A stretch of 64,000 nucleotides of DNA from Eledone cirrhosa. Taxonomy: Eukaryota. Location: assembly GCA_964016885.1 (NCBI GenBank), contig OZ024743.1:145266001-145330000 (forward strand). Reading direction: 5' to 3'. The position numbers and the translations under genes were made by a program. The notes beneath the pieces were generated by a model, which was given only the letters and a program-made list of their open reading frames with translations, did not search any database and was not told the DNA's origin. Below are positions 57,601 to 64,000 of this stretch, piece by piece; within the stretch, counting starts at the first letter, position 1, and every line of letters starts with the position of its first letter.

Positions 57601-60600
57601 AGAATATAAATATACACAGATGCAATAGCAACAGCCATACACAAACACACACAGAGTGATGTAAGATAGAATATAAATATACACAGATGCAATAGCAACA
57701 GCCATACACAAACACACACTAGTGATCTAAGATAGAATATAAATATACACAGATGCCATAGCAACAACCATACACAAACACACACTAGTGATCTAAGATA
57801 GAATATAAATATACACAGATGCAATAGCAACAACCATACACAAACACACACGAGTGATCTAAGATAGAATATAAATATACACAGATGCAATAGCAACAGC
57901 CATACACAAACACACACTAGTGATCTAAGATAGAATATAAATATACACAGATGCAATAGCAACAACCATACACAAACACACACTAGTGATCTAAGATAGA
58001 ATATAAATATACACAGATACCATAGCAACAACCATACACAAACACACACTAGTGATCTAAGATAGAATATAAATATACACAGATGCAATAGCAACAACCA
58101 TACACAAACACACAGAGTGATGTAAGATAGAATATAAATATACACAGATGCAATAGCAACAACCATACACAAACACACACTATTGATCTCAGATAGAATA
58201 TAAATATACACAGATGCAATAGAAACAACCATACACAAACACACACTAGTGACCAAAGATAGAATATAAATATACACAGATGCAATAGCAACAATCATAC
58301 ACAAACACACACTAGTGACCAAAGAGGGAGTATAAATATACACAGATCCAATAGCAACAACCATACTCAAACGCACACTAGTGACCAAAGATAGAATATT
58401 AATATACACAGATGCAATAGCAACAACCATACACAAACACACACTAGTGATCTAAGATAGAATATAAATATACACAGATGCAATAGCAACAACCATACAC
58501 AAACACACACTAGTGATCTAAGATAGAATATAAATATACACAGATGCAATAGCAACAACCATACACAAACACACACTAGTGATCTAAGATAGAATATAAA
58601 TATACACAGATACCATAGCAACAACCATACACAAACACACACTAGTGATATAAGATAGAATATAAATATACACAGATGCAATAGCAACAACCATACACAA
58701 ACACACACTAGTGACCAAAGATAGAGTATAAATATACACAGATCCAATAGCAACAACCATACACAAACACACACTAGTGACCAAAGATAGAGTATAAATA
58801 TACACAGATGCAATAGCAACAACCATACACAAACACACACTAGTGACCAAAGATGGAGTATAAATATACACAGATCCAATAGCAACAACCATACACAAAC
58901 ACACACTAGTGATCTAAGATAGAATATAAATATACACAGATGCAATAGCAACAGCCATACACAAACACACACAGAGTGATGTAAGATAGAATATAAATAT
59001 ACACAGATGCCATAGCAACAACCATACACAAACACACACTAGTGATCTAAGATAGAATATAAATATACACAGATGCAATAGCAACAACCATACACAAACA
59101 CACAGAGTGATGTAAGATAGAATATAAATATACACAGATGCAATAGCAACAACCATACACAAACACACACTATTGATCTCAGATAGAATATAAATATACA
59201 CAGATGCAATAGAAACAACCATACACAAACACACACTAGTGACCAAAGATAGAATATAAATATACACAGATGCAATAGCAACAACCATACACAAACACAC
59301 ACTAGTGACCAAAGATAGAGTATAAATATACACAGATCCAATAGCAACAACCATACTCAAACGCACACTAGTGACCAAAGATAGAATATTAATATACACA
59401 GATGCAATAGCAACAACCATACACAAACACACACTAGTGATCTAAGATAGAATATAAATATACACAGATGCAATAGCAACAACCATACACAAACACACAC
59501 TAGTGATCTAAGATAGAATATAAATATACACAGATGCAATAGCAACAACCATACACAAACACACACTAGTGATCTAAGATAGAATATAAATATACACAGA
59601 TACCATAGCAACAACCATACACAAACACACACTAGTGATATAAGATAGAATATAAATATACACAGATGCAATAGCAACAACCATACACAAACACACAGAG
59701 TGATGTAAGATAGAATATAAATATACACAGATGCAATAGCAACAACCATACACAAACACACACTAGTGACCAAAGATAGAGTATAAATATACACAGATCC
59801 AATAGCAACAACCATACACAAACACACACTAGTGACCAAAGATGGAGTATAAATATACAGAGATCCAATAGCAACAACCATACACAAACACACACTAGTG
59901 ATCTAAGATAGAATATAAATATACACAGATGCAATAGCAACAGACATACACAAACACACACAGAGTGATGTAAGATAGAATATAAATATACACAGATGCA
60001 ATAGCAACAGCCATACACAAACACACACTAGTGATCTAAGATAGAATATAAATATACACAGATGCCATAGCAACAACCATACACAAACACACACTAGTGA
60101 TCTAAGATAGAATATAAATATACACAGATGCAATAGCAACAACCATACACAAACACACACGAGTGATCTAAGATAGAATATAAATATACACAGATGCAAT
60201 AGCAACAACCATACACAAACACACACTAGTGATCTAAGATAGAATATAAATATACACAGATGCAATAGCAACAACCATACACAAACACACACTAGTGATC
60301 TAAGATAGAATATAAATATACACAGATACCATAGCAACAACCATACACAAACACACACTAGTGATCTAAGATAGAATATAAATATACACAGATGCAATAG
60401 CAACAACCATACACAAACACACAGAGTGATGTAAGATAGAATATAAATATACACAGATGCAATAGCAACAACCATACACAAACACACACTATTGATCTCA
60501 GATAGAATATAAATATACACAGATGCAATAGAAACAACCATACACAAACACACACTAGTGATGTAAGATAGAATATAAATATACACAGATGCAATAGCAA

Positions 60601-63600
60601 CAACCATACACAAACACACACCAATGATCTAAGATAGAATATAAATATACACAGATGCAATAGTAACAACCATACACAAACACACAGAGTGATGTAAGAT
60701 AGAATATAAATATACACAGATGCAATAGCAACAACCATACACAAACACACACTAGTGACCAAAGATAGAATAAAAATATACACAGATGCAATAGCAACAA
60801 CCATACACAAACACACACTAGTGACCAAAGATAGAGTATAAATATACACAGATCCAATAGCAACAACCATACTCAAACGCACACTAGTGACCAAAGATAG
60901 AATATTAATATACACAGATGCAATAGCAACAACCATACACAAACACACACTAGTGATCTAAGATAGAATATAAATATACACAGATGCAATAGCAACAACC
61001 ATACACAAACACACACTAGTGATCTAAGATAGAATATAAATATACACAGATGCAATAGCAACAACCATACACAAACACACACTAGTGATCTAAGATAGAA
61101 TATAAATATACACAGATACCATAGCAACAACCATACACAAACACACACTAGTGATATAAGATAGAATATAAATATACACAGATGCAATAGCAACAACCAT
61201 ACACAAACACACAGAGTGATGTAAGATAGAATATAAATATACACAGATGCAATAGTAACAACCATACACAAACACACAGAGTGATGTAAGATAGAATATA
61301 AATATACACAGATGCAATAGCAACAACCATACACAAACACACACTAGTGACCAAAGATAGAATATAAATATACACAGATGCAATAGCAACAACCATACAC
61401 AAACACACACTAGTGATCTAAGATAGAATATAAATATACACAGATGCAATGGCAACAACCATACACAAACACACACTAGTGATCTATGATATAATATGAA
61501 TATACACTGAAGCAATAGCAACATCCATACACAAACACACACTAGTTATCTAAGATAGAATATAAATATACACAGATGCAATAGCAACAACCATACACAA
61601 ACACACACTAGTGATCTAAGATAGAATATAAATATACACAGATGCAATAGCAACAACCATACACAAACACACACTAGTGACCAAAGATAGAATATAAATA
61701 TACACATATGCAATAGCAAAAACCATACACAAACACACACTAGTGACCAAAGATAGAATATAAATATACACAGATGCAATAGCAACAACCATACACAAAC
61801 ACACACTAGTGACCAAAGATAGAGTATAAATATACACAGATCCAATAGCAACAACCATACACAAACACACACTAGTGACCAAAGATAGAGTATAAATATA
61901 CACAGATGCAATAGCAACAACCATACACAAACACACACTAGTGACCAAAGATGGAGTATAAATATACACAGATCCAATAGCAACAACCATACACAAACAC
62001 ACACTAGTGATCTAAGATAGAATATAAATATACACAGATGCAATAGCAAAAGCCATACACAAACACACACAGAGTGATGTAAGATAGAATATAAATATAC
62101 ACAGATGCCATAGCAACAACCATACACAAACACACACTAGTGATCTAAGATAGAATATAAATATACACAGATGCAATAGCAACAACCATACACAAACACA
62201 CAGAGTGATGTAAGATAGAATATAAATATACACAGATGCAATAGCAACAACCATACACAAACACACACTATTGATCTCAGATAGAATATAAATATACACA
62301 GATGCAATAGAAACAACCATACACAAACACACACTAGTGACCAAAGATAGAATATAAATATACACAGATGCAATAGCAACAACCATACACAAACACACAC
62401 TAGTGACCAAAGATAGAGTATAAATATACACAGATCCAATAGCAACAACCATACTCAAACGCACACTAGTGACCAAAGATAGAATATTAATATACACAGA
62501 TGCAATAGCAACAACCATACACAAACACACACTAGTGATCTAAGATAGAATATAAATATACACAGATGCAATAGCAACAACCATACACAAACACACACTA
62601 GTGATCTAAGATAGAATATAAATATACACAGATGCAATAGCAACAACCATACACAAACACACACTAGTGATCTAAGATAGAATATAAATATACACAGATA
62701 CCATAGCAACAACCATACACAAACACACACTAGTGATATAAGATAGAATATAAATATACACAGATGCAATAGCAACAACCATACACAAACACACAGAGTG
62801 ATGTAAGATAGAATATAAATATACACAGATGCAATAGCAACAACCATACACAAACACACACTAGTGACCAAAGATAGAGTATAAATATACACAGATCCAA
62901 TAGCAACAACCATACACAAACACACACTAGTGACAAAAGATGGAGTATAAATATACAGAGATCCAATAGCAACAACCATACACAAACACACACTAGTGAT
63001 CTAAGATAGAATATAAATATACACAGATGCAATAGCAACAGCCATACACAAACACACACAGAGTGATGTAAGATAGAATATAAATATACACAGATGCAAT
63101 AGCAACAGCCATACACAAACACACACTAGTGATCTAAGATAGAATATAAATATACACAGATGCCATAGCAACAACCATACACAAACACACACTAGAGATC
63201 TAAGATAGAATATAAATATACACAGATGCAATAGCAACAACCATACACAAACACACACGAGTGATCTAAGATAGAATATAAATATACACAGATGCAATAG
63301 CAACAACCATACACAAACACACACTAGTGATCTAAGATAGAATATAAATATACACAGATGCAATAGCAACAACCATACACAAACACACACTAGTGATCTA
63401 AGATAGAATATAAATATACACAGATACCATAGCAACAACCATACACAAACACACACTAGTGATCTAAGATAGAATATAAATATACACAGATGCAATAGCA
63501 ACAACCATACACAAACACACAGAGTGATGTAAGATAGAATATAAATATACACAGATGCAATAGCAACAACCATACACAAACACACACTATTGATCTCAGA

Positions 63601-64000
63601 TAGAATATAAATATACACAGATGCAATAGAAACAACCATACACAAACACACACTAGTGACCAAAGATAGAATATAAATATACACAGATGCAATAGCAACA
63701 ACCATACACAAACACACACTAGTGACCAAAGATAGAGTATAAATATACACAGATCCAATAGCAACAACCATACTCAAACGCACACTAGTGACCAAAGATA
63801 GAATATTAATATACACAGATGCAATAGCAACAACCATACACAAACACACACTAGTGATCTAAGATAGAATATAAATATACACAGATGCAATAGCAACAAC
63901 CATACACAAACACACACTAGTGATCTAAGATAGAATATAAATATACACAGATGCAATAGCAACAACCATACACAAACACACACTAGTGATCTAAGATAGA
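24603..64000 (+). repeat. 66-bp satellite array (~600 monomers, runs off the window), PLE-derived
   Basis: Consensus GATGCAATAGCAACAACCATACACAAACACACACTAGTGATCTAAGATAGAATATAAATATACACA, with 65- and 67-bp variants and a SpeI site in most monomers. Confidence 0.97.

Noticed and set aside
24232-63983. Many hydrophobic 'membrane protein' ORFs on the minus strand
   Set aside because: They are translations of the 66-bp satellite, with frequent frame-breaking 65/67-bp monomers and no unique coding sequence.
24603-64000. CRISPR-like period (~66 bp)
   Set aside because: The whole monomer repeats with no unique spacers, there are no cas genes, and the context is eukaryotic.

Overview
AT-rich, microsatellite-dense animal DNA with no recognisable host gene. 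The SINE families resemble those I recall from octopus/coleoid cephalopod genomes (inference). 1-8.1 kb: head-to-tail cluster of a ~607-bp non-autonomous RTE-like retroelement (structured 5' end, C2H2 zinc-finger tail, 3' hairpin) separated by (TA/TATG)n tracts, plus a SINE-like insert that looks A-to-G hyper-edited. 8.5-24.6 kb: nest of Penelope-like elements (PLEs). It includes a 591-bp retrozyme-like tandem repeat, small fold-back PLE fragments, one near-full-length decayed Naiad-type PLE (RT + GIY-YIG, pseudo-LTRs) and a PLE inserted inside another PLE. Ten hammerhead-ribozyme motifs of four families were read by eye between 8.9 and 24.0 kb. 24.6-64 kb: a >39-kb, 66-bp satellite array that starts in register at the 3' end of a PLE GIY-YIG ORF and shows shifting higher-order repeats. 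Nearly all ORFs in the supplied track are translations of simple repeats or satellite.
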